From Oscillospiraceae bacterium (GTDB lineage: Bacteria; Bacillota; Clostridia; Oscillospirales; Oscillospiraceae), in assembly GCA_015067765.1 (NCBI GenBank), contig SVLV01000003.1, forward strand, positions 36,372-100,371: a stretch of DNA of 64,000 nucleotides, read 5' to 3'. Below, in pieces: positions 27,893-37,537 of the stretch. The first letter of the stretch is position 1. Every line of letters starts with the position of its first letter. The position numbers were made by a program, and so were the translations under genes. The notes beneath the pieces were generated by a model, which was not told the DNA's origin, made no database searches, and saw nothing but the letters and a program-made list of their open reading frames with translations.

Positions 27893-29287
27893 GTGTTGCA
27901 GCAGCATAGTACGCGAAAATTGAATGGAATCATCTTTTTGATGTTTTTCTCCTGCACCCTGGCCACGATCCAGTTTGAAGGCAGATCACTGTTTTTATTT
28001 GTAATGCTGGGATTCTGTCTGGTGATGGTGTTTTCCCGGAGAAAGATCCGGTTTTGCCCCTCCATTTTGGTGAATTTCCTGTTTTTAAGCAGTGTGTTCA
28101 GCGCGGTGTCTTCCTGCTTCAGCGATGTGCCGGCGTCTTACCAGAAGGCGGCGGTGGTGATGGCCATTTACGACCTGATCCTGTATTTCGCGGCGGCTTA
28201 TCTGTTTGATCTGCTGAAGGTGGATCGGGAGAAGATCCTGCGGGTGATCCGCCGGGCTTTCCTGGCGGGCTGTATCCTGCAGTTGGTGTGGGTGCCCCTG
28301 CAGTATGTGACCTATCACTACATGGACCTGGATCTGAATCAGCTGATCTTTGTGGATACTCTGCACCTGATGGAGGAGGCCTCCTTTATCCGTGCCAATG
28401 TGTACTATCCCTCCGGCTTTACCTGGCACTCGGCACTGCTGGCCCCCATGTTTGTGCTGGCCTTTGCCCTGTATGACAATGTATGGATCCGGGCACTGAT
28501 CCTCTTTGACGCCATGATCTGCGGCAACTCCACGGCGCTGATCGGCACGGTGTTCTGTGCCGCACTGCTGGCTTTGGCCTGGGTGGGACGCAATTGGCAC
28601 CGTCATGTGGTGCGCCGCAGCACGGTGATCAGCCTGCTGGTTTTGGCGGTAGTGGGCGTGACCGCCCTGGTCGGGCTTGGGATGCTGGATACCCTGTGGA
28701 CTGCCTTCACCAAAGTTTGGACGAGACTGTTCACAGAGAATAAGGATGCCAGCACCAGGGCCCATCTGGGATACTATGCCGACTATTTCACAGTAGCCAA
28801 AGACATGCCACTGATGCAGTTGGTTTTTGGCTATGGCATCGGCTGTTCCGGCTGGCCCATCACGGAGATGCGGGATCGTTATACTGATCTGGCCAACTGG
28901 GCGGTGGAGTGCGATATTGTCAATATCGCACTTTCCCGAGGCGTGGTGGGTTTTATCAGCTACTATTTCTTTCTGTTCTATACAGCCATCCGGGGACTGA
29001 AGATCAATTACAAGTACTTTGTGGTGATCCTGTCCTTTTTCCTGCAGGGATTCGGCTATAATATCCAGTGGGAATATGTGGTGCTGATTGAGATCATCCT
29101 ATTGTTTACCATTTTGCTGGATATCGATTTTTTTGGTTCTGCCAAGCCTGCACAGGGGCAGACAAAGACCGTTTTTGATACAGGAGAGCAACCCTATGAA
29201 ACCGCTGGTCAGCATTGTTGTTATGACATATCGCAATCAGAGTCTGCTGGGACCGGCCATTGCGTCGATCCTGGAACAGGACTATGA
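27893..29287 (+). CDS. Putative Wzy polysaccharide polymerase (C-terminus overlaps next gene)
   Basis: About 11-12 TM segments with a large external loop, inside a locus that has a Wzx flippase; RBS AAAGGAG before GTG 27893. Confidence 0.7.
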   Translation: MLQQHSTRKLNGIIFLMFFSCTLATIQFEGRSLFLFVMLGFCLVMVFSRRKIRFCPSILVNFLFLSSVFSAVSSCFSDVPASYQKAAVVMAIYDLILYFAAAYLFDLLKVDREKILRVIRRAFLAGCILQLVWVPLQYVTYHYMDLDLNQLIFVDTLHLMEEASFIRANVYYPSGFTWHSALLAPMFVLAFALYDNVWIRALILFDAMICGNSTALIGTVFCAALLALAWVGRNWHRHVVRRSTVISLLVLAVVGVTALVGLGMLDTLWTAFTKVWTRLFTENKDASTRAHLGYYADYFTVAKDMPLMQLVFGYGIGCSGWPITEMRDRYTDLANWAVECDIVNIALSRGVVGFISYYFFLFYTAIRGLKINYKYFVVILSFFLQGFGYNIQWEYVVLIEIILLFTILLDIDFFGSAKPAQGQTKTVFDTGEQPYETAGQHCCYDISQSESAGTGHCVDPGTGL

Positions 29288-30134
29288 GAATATGGAGATT
29301 CTCGTTTTTGATGACGGGAGTCCTGACTTTGACCCTGCTCAGGTGGAAAAGCTGCTCCATCCGGCTGGGGAGAATGTCCGAAATACGGTGATTTACACCC
29401 AGCCGCAGAATGTGGGTACGGTTCGCAACTACCGCAGCGCTATCGAGGCCAGTCGAGGGGAGTACATCTTTCCCCTGTCCTGCGATGACCGATTTGCCCA
29501 TGGACAGGTGGTGTCGGAACTGGTTCATTTCTTTCAGGAAACCGGCTGCCGGATCTGCACGGCACAACGACAGGGAGCAAGCAGTGGTCGAGTTACTCCG
29601 GATGAGCGCAGCGGTGACCTGTTGAAGGATCCCAAAGCTGCACTGGATTGCTGTCTGGTGGGCAACTTTGTCAGCGGAGCGGCACTGTATATGCGCCGAG
29701 ATTACTATGAATCCGCGGGCGGCTACGATACCGATATGCGTCTGCTGGAGGATTATCCCTTTGTCATTAAGACACTGTTGGCAGGGGAACGGATCTGGTT
29801 TTATGATCGGGTGACTATTCTCTACGGTGAAGATGGTGTGTCCAACGGAGATCCGGCCAAACGGGATACTCCTGTGGGACGGATGCTGGCAAGGGACTAT
29901 GAGATCCTGCAGGAAAAGTATCTGAAACCGGCCCTTCAGCAGGTGTCCGATCCCCGGTGCAGACGCTATCTGCAGCTGAAGCAGGCATTGCGTGAGGCGC
30001 CTGCTACCGTGCGGAAACTGGCAGCCTATGTGCGGTATCCGGATATCGGAGTGCTGCAGCTTCTTTACCGGTTGAAGGGCCACAGGGAAAAGAACATGGG
30101 TATCTATTGGGATTTGAGAAGTACGAAGAGATAG
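29196..30134 (+). CDS. Glycosyltransferase family 2
   Basis: LVSIVVMTY, FDDGS, NVGTVRN, LSCDD, LLEDYP. Confidence 0.9.
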   Translation: MKPLVSIVVMTYRNQSLLGPAIASILEQDYENMEILVFDDGSPDFDPAQVEKLLHPAGENVRNTVIYTQPQNVGTVRNYRSAIEASRGEYIFPLSCDDRFAHGQVVSELVHFFQETGCRICTAQRQGASSGRVTPDERSGDLLKDPKAALDCCLVGNFVSGAALYMRRDYYESAGGYDTDMRLLEDYPFVIKTLLAGERIWFYDRVTILYGEDGVSNGDPAKRDTPVGRMLARDYEILQEKYLKPALQQVSDPRCRRYLQLKQALREAPATVRKLAAYVRYPDIGVLQLLYRLKGHREKNMGIYWDLRSTKR

Positions 30135-30157
30135 AAAGACGGGTCGAGGAAACAGAT

Positions 30158-30568
30158 ATGGAAGTAATCAAATATACCTTTCCGCCCCACGGGGATGACC
30201 GGGGTCAGCTGGTGGCTATCGAGGCGGGGAAGGATCTGCCCTTTGAGGTGAAGCGGGTCTACTACATCTATGATACGCTGGCGGGGGTGCGCCGCGGCTT
30301 CCACGCCCATCGGAATCTGCAGCAGATTCTGGTATGTGTCAGCGGCAGCTGCAGAATCCATCTGGATGATGGTCACGAAACGGCTGAGGTGCTGCTGGAC
30401 AAGCCCACGGAGGGTCTCTACATTGCCAACGATATGTGGCGGGAGATGTATGATTTTTCTGAAGGTGCGGTGCTGCTGGTGCTGGCCTCGGAATACTACG
30501 ACGAGGCAGATTACATCCGCAATTATGATGCATTTCTTCAGATGATCCGCGAAAAGGAGAGTCAGTAA
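30158..30568 (+). CDS. fdtA: dTDP-4-keto-6-deoxyglucose 3,4-ketoisomerase (FdtA/QdtA cupin)
   Basis: [38 protein letters not shown]. Confidence 0.9.
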   Translation: MEVIKYTFPPHGDDRGQLVAIEAGKDLPFEVKRVYYIYDTLAGVRRGFHAHRNLQQILVCVSGSCRIHLDDGHETAEVLLDKPTEGLYIANDMWREMYDFSEGAVLLVLASEYYDEADYIRNYDAFLQMIREKESQ

Positions 30569-31662
30569 TGAGAGTTCCGTTTGTCAGTTTCCGGCCGCTG
30601 GAGCAGCGGCTGGACAGTCAGCTGCGGGCCGCCTTTGAGCGGGTCTATGCCAGCAGCTGGTATATCGGCGGCCGGGAGGATGAGGTCTTTGAGAAGACCT
30701 TCGCCGCCTACTGTGACAGCAAATACTGCGTGGGCTGCGGCAACGGGCTGGATGCCCTGATGCTGCCCCTGCGCGCACTGGGGGTAGGGCCCGGAGATGA
30801 GGTGCTGGTCCCCTCCAACACCTTCATCGCCACAGCGCTGGCGGTCACCTATGTGGGGGCGACCCCGGTGCTGGTGGAGCCGGATATCCGCACCTACAAT
30901 ATGGATCCGGCCCGGATCGAGGAGAAGATCACCGCCAGCACCAAGGCCATTATGCCGGTGCATCTGTACGGCCAGAGCTGTGACATGGATCCCATTCTGG
31001 CCATCGCGAAAAAGCATGGTCTGTTTGTGATCGAGGACTGTGCGCAGGCCCACGGCGCCCGGTACAAGGGCAAGGTGATCGGCTCCTTCGGTGACGCGGC
31101 AGGCTTCAGCTTCTATCCCGGGAAGAACCTGGGTGCGCTGGGTGATGCCGGCGCCATGGTGACCAATTGTGAGGAATTGGCCGGGAAGGTGCGGGCGCTG
31201 GGCAACTACGGCTCGGACTATAAGTATCACCACATCTATCAGGGCGTGAACTCCCGCCTGGATGAGCTGCAGGCAGCGTTCCTGTCTGCCAAACTGCCCA
31301 TGATGGAGGAGGTCAATGCAGACCGCCGTGCCACGGCAAAGAAGTATCTGGCGGGGATCCGGAATCCCGCCGTTGCACTGCCCTTCGTGCCGGAGTGGGC
31401 GGAGCCGGTGTGGCACATCTTTGCCGTCCGGTGTGAGCGTCGGGAGGAACTGGCAGCCTATCTGGAGGAGAAGGGGATCGGTACCAACCGCCACTATCCC
31501 ATCGCCATCCATCTGCAGGAGTGCTATCAGAATTTGGGCCTGCAGAAGGGGGATCTGCCCATCGCTGAGGAGATCGCCGCCACGCAGCTGAGTTTGCCGA
31601 TGTATTACGGGATGACAGATGAAGAGATTCAGTATGTGATCGACTGCGTCAACAAGTTTTAA
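30568..31662 (+). CDS. fdtB: DegT/DnrJ-family sugar 3-aminotransferase (FdtB/QdtB-like)
   Basis: [47 protein letters not shown]. Confidence 0.88.
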   Translation: MRVPFVSFRPLEQRLDSQLRAAFERVYASSWYIGGREDEVFEKTFAAYCDSKYCVGCGNGLDALMLPLRALGVGPGDEVLVPSNTFIATALAVTYVGATPVLVEPDIRTYNMDPARIEEKITASTKAIMPVHLYGQSCDMDPILAIAKKHGLFVIEDCAQAHGARYKGKVIGSFGDAAGFSFYPGKNLGALGDAGAMVTNCEELAGKVRALGNYGSDYKYHHIYQGVNSRLDELQAAFLSAKLPMMEEVNADRRATAKKYLAGIRNPAVALPFVPEWAEPVWHIFAVRCERREELAAYLEEKGIGTNRHYPIAIHLQECYQNLGLQKGDLPIAEEIAATQLSLPMYYGMTDEEIQYVIDCVNKF

Positions 31663-31681
31663 GAGAGAAAGAGAGAATCAT

Positions 31682-32791
31682 ATGGGTGGAACGCGCGAGC
31701 GAAAATCCAATATTGAGGTGCTCCGGATCCTGGCTATGCTGGGTGTGATCGTGCTGCACTACAACCATTCCGATATAGGCGGTGGATTTGCCCACGCCCA
31801 GGGAGGGCAGTTGCTGCTGCTGTATGCGACGGAGAGCCTGTGCATCGCGGCGGTGAATCTGTATGTGCTGATCTCCGGCTACTTTCTGTGCACCTCGAAT
31901 GAACGTAATCTGCTCAAGCCGCTGATGATGGTGGCGCAGGTGGTGCTCTTCGGTGCACTGCGATATGGGTTTCATGTGCTGATGGGGACGCTTCCCTTCC
32001 ACCCCAAACTTTTGTTGGAATATATGCTTCCGATCAACTATTTTGTGATTCTGTACATCGCCCTGTATTGGGTCTCTCCCTTCCTTAACATGATGCTGCA
32101 GAAGGCGCGGGAGAACGGGGTGGAAAACCGCCTTGTGGGAATCGGCCTGTTGGTCTTTTCGGTGTATCCCACACTGATGGACATGCTGCAGGAAGCTGCG
32201 GGAAGAACCTTCCCGGGGATCAGTTCCATTGGAATGCACGGCAGTCAGAGCGGCTATACCATCGTTAATTTTGCGCTGATGTATCTGATCGGCGCGTGGT
32301 TGAGAGAAAAGGAACTGACCGACCGCCACAGAAAATGGGCGGCAGGAGCCATCGTAGGCGGCACGGTGCTGCTGACGGCTTGGTGTGCTGTGGGAAAATA
32401 TCTGCTGAAAAGCTCTCTGGCGGTATGGCACTACTGCAATCCGCTGGTGATCCTGCTGGCGGTGAGCCTGTTTGTGTTCTTCGCCGGGAAAGACTGGCAG
32501 AGCCGGTGGGTCAACCGACTGGCCAAGGGCAGCTTTTCGGTGTTTTTGCTGCATACGGTATGTTTGGACTATATTCACATCCCCTGGGCGGTCACCCAGA
32601 GCGTTCCGGTTCTGCTGGGACATCAGCTGGTGTCGGCTGCGGGGATCTATCTGATCTGCTGGGCGGTGGGCGCGGTATATGCTGCCGCGGAAGTGCGCCT
32701 TTGGGGCGCTTTGAGCAAGAAAATTCCCGGATTGACCAGAGAGTGGATCCGTTCGAAAGAGACAGAAGGAGTAGACCATGGGTCGTTGTAA
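31682..32791 (+). CDS. Acyltransferase-3 family membrane O-acyltransferase
   Basis: RKSNIEVLRILAMLGVIVLH, VNLYVLISGYF; ~10 TMs. Confidence 0.88.
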   Translation: MGGTRERKSNIEVLRILAMLGVIVLHYNHSDIGGGFAHAQGGQLLLLYATESLCIAAVNLYVLISGYFLCTSNERNLLKPLMMVAQVVLFGALRYGFHVLMGTLPFHPKLLLEYMLPINYFVILYIALYWVSPFLNMMLQKARENGVENRLVGIGLLVFSVYPTLMDMLQEAAGRTFPGISSIGMHGSQSGYTIVNFALMYLIGAWLREKELTDRHRKWAAGAIVGGTVLLTAWCAVGKYLLKSSLAVWHYCNPLVILLAVSLFVFFAGKDWQSRWVNRLAKGSFSVFLLHTVCLDYIHIPWAVTQSVPVLLGHQLVSAAGIYLICWAVGAVYAAAEVRLWGALSKKIPGLTREWIRSKETEGVDHGSL

Positions 32792-34223
32792 CAAGCTAAA
32801 GGGGAAATGGAGCGGTATTCCGCTGACGGTGAAGGCATCGGTGGCCTATACCGTCTGCAGCATCCTGCAGCGGTCGCTGGCCTTTATCACCATGCCCCTG
32901 TTCACCCGTCTGCTGACCCCGGATCAGTACGGTCAGTTTACGGTGTACAACTCCTGGATTGGCATCTTCTCCATCCTTCTGACTTTGAATCTGGCCTACG
33001 GCTCCTTCTCCACGGCAATGGTGAAGTTTGAGCGGCAGAGAGAGCGGTATATTTCCTCCATCCAGGGCCTGTGCCTGCTGCTGTCGGTGGGATTTCTGGT
33101 GATCTACCTGCCCCTGCAGGGGCCCATCAATGGGCTGCTGGGCATGCCCACCCTGCTGGTGCTGCTATTGGTGGCAGAGGTGACCACCTCCAATGCCACA
33201 CTCCTGTGGAGCGGAAAGCAGCGGTTTGAGTATAAATATAAGAGTGTGGTGGCGGTGACGCTGACCACGGCGATCTGCTCCCCCACTTTGGCTTATCTTC
33301 TGGTGTGTGCAACGGAGGATAAGGGTACGGCCCGGATTTTGGGCTATACATTGGTGTCCATTGCGGTAGGCTGTGTGATCTTTGTGTGGAACACGGTCAA
33401 GGGGAAAACGCTGTACGACAAGAGCTTCTGGCAGTATGCCCTGCGGTTCAATGTGCCGCTGCTGGCCTATTACCTGTCCCAGGTGGTCTTCAATCAGAGC
33501 GACCGTATCATGATCGATCACATCTGCGGAACGGCTGCTGCCGCCATGTACGGTGTGGCCTACAATCTGGCAATGCTGCTGAACTTTGTGCTCAATGCCA
33601 TCAACGGCTCCTATGTGCCCTGGTATTACGGAAAGCTGAAGGAGGGTAAGCAGGAGGAAAATCGCGCGGTTTCGGCCTCACTGGCCATTCTGATGGGCTT
33701 GATGCTGCTGTGCGTGATCTGGTATGCTCCGGAGATCATCCGGCTCATGGCCGGGGAAGCATACGAGGCGGCCATCCCGGTGGTGGCACCGGTGGCTATG
33801 AGTGTGCTGCTGCTGTTCTACGCCCAGTTCTTTATCAATGTGGAGTTTTATTTCGAGGAAAAACGCTCTCTGGTGTGGGCCTCCATTGGTGCGGCGGTGC
33901 TGAACATCGTGCTCAATGCCTGGCTGATCCCGCTGGTGGGCTTTGTGGCTGCGGCTTATACCACACTGGCCAGCTATGTGGTCTTTGCCGGCTGCAACTA
34001 TATCGCTATGAAAAAACTGCTGCGCCGCCGCGAGATCCCGGAGGCCGGCTATAATATGAAGCTTCTGCTGCTGATCATGGTGCTGTTTATGGCCTCCGGC
34101 TTTTTGGGAATGGCACTGTATCCGTGGATCCTGCCGCGGATCATCATCACCCTGCTGGTGTTGGGTCTTCTGCTGGTGTTCCATAAGCCCATGCTGCAGA
34201 CACTGAAAACCATCAAGAAGTAA
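32778..34223 (+). CDS. Wzx oligosaccharide flippase
   Basis: MOP-type 12-14 TM pattern; PLFTRLLTPDQYG, NQSDRIMI. Confidence 0.9.
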   Translation: MGRCNKLKGKWSGIPLTVKASVAYTVCSILQRSLAFITMPLFTRLLTPDQYGQFTVYNSWIGIFSILLTLNLAYGSFSTAMVKFERQRERYISSIQGLCLLLSVGFLVIYLPLQGPINGLLGMPTLLVLLLVAEVTTSNATLLWSGKQRFEYKYKSVVAVTLTTAICSPTLAYLLVCATEDKGTARILGYTLVSIAVGCVIFVWNTVKGKTLYDKSFWQYALRFNVPLLAYYLSQVVFNQSDRIMIDHICGTAAAAMYGVAYNLAMLLNFVLNAINGSYVPWYYGKLKEGKQEENRAVSASLAILMGLMLLCVIWYAPEIIRLMAGEAYEAAIPVVAPVAMSVLLLFYAQFFINVEFYFEEKRSLVWASIGAAVLNIVLNAWLIPLVGFVAAAYTTLASYVVFAGCNYIAMKKLLRRREIPEAGYNMKLLLLIMVLFMASGFLGMALYPWILPRIIITLLVLGLLLVFHKPMLQTLKTIKK

Positions 34224-34241
34224 TCCCTTCGGGAGGAACCT

Positions 34242-34739
34242 ATGGATTTGAGAAAACTGGAGGCGAAAGATGCGCCCCTGATGCTGGAATGGATGCACGA
34301 CCCTGATGTGGTGAAGGACCTGCAGGCCAATTTTGCCGCCAAAACGCTGGCGGACTGTGAACGGTTTATCGCCGCGGCACAGGATCCGGCGGAGGATCTG
34401 CATCTGGCGGCAGTGAATGAAGCGGACGAATATCTGGGCACGGTCAGCCTCAAGCATATAAACCGGACGGCCGGTACGGCGGAGTTTGCCATCACCGTGC
34501 GTCGCTGCGCTATGGGGACAGGGGCATCCCGTCAGGCCATGGCGGAGATCCTGCGGCGTGGCATCCGGGAACTGGAGTTGCGGGAGATTTTCTGGTGTGT
34601 GGACCGGCGCAATACCCGGGCGGTGCGTTTTTACGACAAGAACAACTATGAGCGGGTCGTGTCTGTGCCCCGGCAATGGACCGAGCCCTATGATGCCGGT
34701 TTGCTGCCGGAGTTGATCTGGTATCGGTATACCGGATGA
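34242..34739 (+). CDS. GNAT N-acyltransferase, probably acylating the dTDP-3-amino sugar
   Basis: RimJ/RimL-like GNAT (LEWMHDP, YLGTVSLK, NTRAVRFY); same locus as fdtA/fdtB. Confidence 0.8.
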   Translation: MDLRKLEAKDAPLMLEWMHDPDVVKDLQANFAAKTLADCERFIAAAQDPAEDLHLAAVNEADEYLGTVSLKHINRTAGTAEFAITVRRCAMGTGASRQAMAEILRRGIRELELREIFWCVDRRNTRAVRFYDKNNYERVVSVPRQWTEPYDAGLLPELIWYRYTG

Positions 34740-36016
34740 GGAGTGAGGAGACCATGAATGCAGTAAAAAAACTGGCGGTGCGGGTATCTTATAAGTGCAG
34801 AGAGTTTTGGGAATACCGGGCTGCCCGGCGGGATATGCGTGCACTGGCGGAAAAAGTGCGGGCTGACGGACCGGTTCGTGTGGTATTTATCACCCAGTAT
34901 GTGCCGGCCTGGAACAAGGTGAAGGGCCTGTACGAGGAGCTGCGGCGCAGGGAGAACACGGAGGCATACATCCTGTGTGTGCCCTCGGGGATCCGGGGCG
35001 GCCGGCTCCTGGATGAGGGGGACTTGTCCAACGACACCTATGACTACTTTATCGGCCAGGGGTATGAGGCCATCAATGCGCTGGTGGGGAAGAATCAGTG
35101 GTTCGACCTGCAGAGTCTGCAGCCGGACTATGTGTTTCACCCACGGCCCTACAACGATTTCATGCCTCCGGTGTATCAGAGCAGCCAAGTCCGGAAATAT
35201 GCAAAGCTGTGCAACATCATGTACGGCCCGGCGCTTACCTACAACGGGCTGAAAACTACGCTGAACCGGGACTATCACAAGGACCTGTGCAAGTATTTTG
35301 CCACCACCACGGTGGAGGCGGATTACTGGAATGACCGGTTTTCCGGCGGCGTGCGGCAGGGACTGCAGAAGGCCTATGCCATCGGCAACCCGGTCTTTGA
35401 GGAGCTGGCGGCCTGCCGCGGCGGGGAAGACGTTCAGCGGCCCACCTTTCTGTGGTCCCCTCGGTGGACCACGGACCCGGCAGCCGGCGGCACCAACTTT
35501 TTCACCTACCGACAGGTGCTCAATCGTTATGCGGCAGGGCATCCGGACACGGAACTGATCGTGCGGCCCCATCCGCTGATGTTCCGGACACTGGTGGAAA
35601 AGGGCGACATGACCCAGCAGGAGGCAGATGATTACCGGCAGCAGCTGCAGCAATTGCCCAATGCCCGGCTGGATGAAGCGAAGGAATACACGAAGATGCT
35701 GTGGCAGACCACGGCGCTGATCAGCGACATCTCTTTTTTGGTGGTGGAATACTTCACCACCGGTAAGCCGGTGATCTACTGTCCGCCGGCCCAGCCCTTC
35801 CCCAATCTGCCCTGGGTGGATCGGATGCTGGAGGGCTGCTATATCGTGCATAACGAGACGGAACTGGTACAAGCTGTGGAGCAGTTGGCGAGAGGAGAGG
35901 ATCCTCTGTATCAGCGGCGTCAGCAGCTGATTGAGGAACTGTTCGGCGGTGTGGCAGGCAGTGCCTCACGCATTGCCGATGTGCTGGTACAGGATGCCGG
36001 CGGCAGAAAAGGATAA
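34736..36016 (+). CDS. CDP-glycerol glycerophosphotransferase-like (TagB/TagF family) protein
   Basis: LWSPRWT, IVRPHPL, ISDISFLVVEYFTTGKPVIY. Confidence 0.75.
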   Translation: MRSEETMNAVKKLAVRVSYKCREFWEYRAARRDMRALAEKVRADGPVRVVFITQYVPAWNKVKGLYEELRRRENTEAYILCVPSGIRGGRLLDEGDLSNDTYDYFIGQGYEAINALVGKNQWFDLQSLQPDYVFHPRPYNDFMPPVYQSSQVRKYAKLCNIMYGPALTYNGLKTTLNRDYHKDLCKYFATTTVEADYWNDRFSGGVRQGLQKAYAIGNPVFEELAACRGGEDVQRPTFLWSPRWTTDPAAGGTNFFTYRQVLNRYAAGHPDTELIVRPHPLMFRTLVEKGDMTQQEADDYRQQLQQLPNARLDEAKEYTKMLWQTTALISDISFLVVEYFTTGKPVIYCPPAQPFPNLPWVDRMLEGCYIVHNETELVQAVEQLARGEDPLYQRRQQLIEELFGGVAGSASRIADVLVQDAGGRKG

Positions 36017-36076
36017 CGGATAAACAGCGAAATCTCCTTCCAAAGGGAGAGCGGTGGCAGGCAAAGGAGCAAAGAC

Positions 36077-37210
36077 ATGTATTACAGAAGAAAAGCGGAA
36101 TATGAGATCGATCTGAAGGATACCGTATTCTATCTGCTGCGCAAGTGGCGGGGCATCCTGGTGACGATGCTGGCGGTAGCTGTGCTGATGGGCGGTTATA
36201 CCGCGTGGAGTCAGTGGGGCGCAACGGTCAACGAGAAGAGTATCGCCTCTCTGAAGAAAGAGATCGCCGTCAATCAGGCGGTGATCAACGGCAACAACGC
36301 CTATATTGCCGACCAGGAAGCCCGTCTGGCTGCCAATGCAGACTTGATCGCAGCGGAGGAACAGAAGATCACGGAACTGAAGAGTACCCGTCAGCTGCTG
36401 GTGCAGCAGCTGGAGGCCTGCAAGGCCCGTCAGGCCGGTGGAGAGCGGTCGGAGGATCTGGCGGAACTGGTGATCCGGCTGGACCAGCAGATCGCCGATG
36501 TGGACGCCCGTCTGACCCAGTGTGACAAGATGATCCTGGCACTACAGAAGGAGAAGTCCACCATTCCCGATGCCATCATGGATATCCGGGCGGCCAGTAA
36601 AAAGGTGAACACTACCAATAATACACTGAAGGCGCAGATCGCAGCGCTGCAGGCGGTGGGCTTGAATCCCAAGGACGTGGCCGGCAAGACGGTGGTAGGT
36701 GCTGTGTTGGGCCTGCTGTTGGCGCTGGTGGTGGATGTGGTACGATATCTGGCGGACCGGAAGGTGCGCTCTGCTGCCCGGTGGCAGCTGGAGTGGACGG
36801 TGCCGGTGCTGGGTGATCTTCACGGCTGCCCCCTGAAGAAGAACGCCGTGGATCGATGGATCGACCGTATGGCCGGCGAGAAGCCGGCAGATGAGCCGCT
36901 GCAGCTGGCTATGACGGCAGCCGGTATCCGCAACTGTGCACAGGAGGGCGCTGTTCTCCTGGTGGGTACGGCGGATCAGGCAGCAATGGAGCAGCTGCGG
37001 GAGAAGATGGTTCCGGTGATGGACGGTAAGGGTCCGGCACTGGAAGTAACCGGCAATCCTCTGTCCAGCCCCGAGGCGCTGCTGCAGGTGAAGGATCGGC
37101 AGATCCTGCTGGTGGAGGAGGCGGAGAAGGCATCCTTCCGGCAGGTGCAGAATCTGCTGGATACGCTGGCCCGCTCCGGTGCAAAGGTACTGGGTGTTGT
37201 GATCCTGTAA
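36077..37210 (+). CDS. Wzz/CpsC-like chain-length determinant with long coiled coil and degenerate kinase-like tail
   Basis: EIDLKD..LLRKWRGIL TM1, ~150-aa coiled coil, TM2, VPVLG, terminal LARSGAKVLGVVIL. Confidence 0.75.
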   Translation: MYYRRKAEYEIDLKDTVFYLLRKWRGILVTMLAVAVLMGGYTAWSQWGATVNEKSIASLKKEIAVNQAVINGNNAYIADQEARLAANADLIAAEEQKITELKSTRQLLVQQLEACKARQAGGERSEDLAELVIRLDQQIADVDARLTQCDKMILALQKEKSTIPDAIMDIRAASKKVNTTNNTLKAQIAALQAVGLNPKDVAGKTVVGAVLGLLLALVVDVVRYLADRKVRSAARWQLEWTVPVLGDLHGCPLKKNAVDRWIDRMAGEKPADEPLQLAMTAAGIRNCAQEGAVLLVGTADQAAMEQLREKMVPVMDGKGPALEVTGNPLSSPEALLQVKDRQILLVEEAEKASFRQVQNLLDTLARSGAKVLGVVIL

Positions 37211-37225
37211 GAAGACTGAATAACG

Positions 37226-37260
37226 AACAGACGCTCGCAAGAGCGTCTGTTTTTTATTTT
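37226..37260 (+). terminator. Intrinsic terminator ending the polysaccharide operon
   Basis: AACAGACGCTC-gcaa-GAGCGTCTGTTTTTT. Confidence 0.88.
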
Positions 37261-37316
37261 TAATAAGATCAATGAAAGAAATTGAACGAAAATGGCGAAA
37301 AAGAGGGGAATTCCCC

Positions 37317-37345
37317 TTGCAACCGCGTTCAAAATAGGATACAAT
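37317..37345 (+). promoter_or_regulatory. Sigma-A promoter of the APC permease / HTH-cytidylyltransferase operon
   Basis: TTGCAA-17-TACAAT. Confidence 0.65.
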
Positions 37346-37537
37346 AGCGGATGAAAATGAGCAAAACGCCTTGCGGGGCTGTTTTGCTCATTCCAGCGAG
37401 AGAACCTCCATGCCGGATCCGGCGCACAATATATAAATTCGCTCACCGCAGGCCTGCGGTGTTCTGCCTCAAAGAGGCAGAACAAGGGGCTTTCGGTGCG
37501 GAAGGGGAGCAATGACTCCCGGGAAAGGATATGGGAT

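Noticed and set aside
37390-37530. Glycine riboswitch upstream of the amino acid permease
   Set aside because: GAGAGA and GAAGG fragments are present, but the CTCTCAGG core and tandem aptamer layout are not
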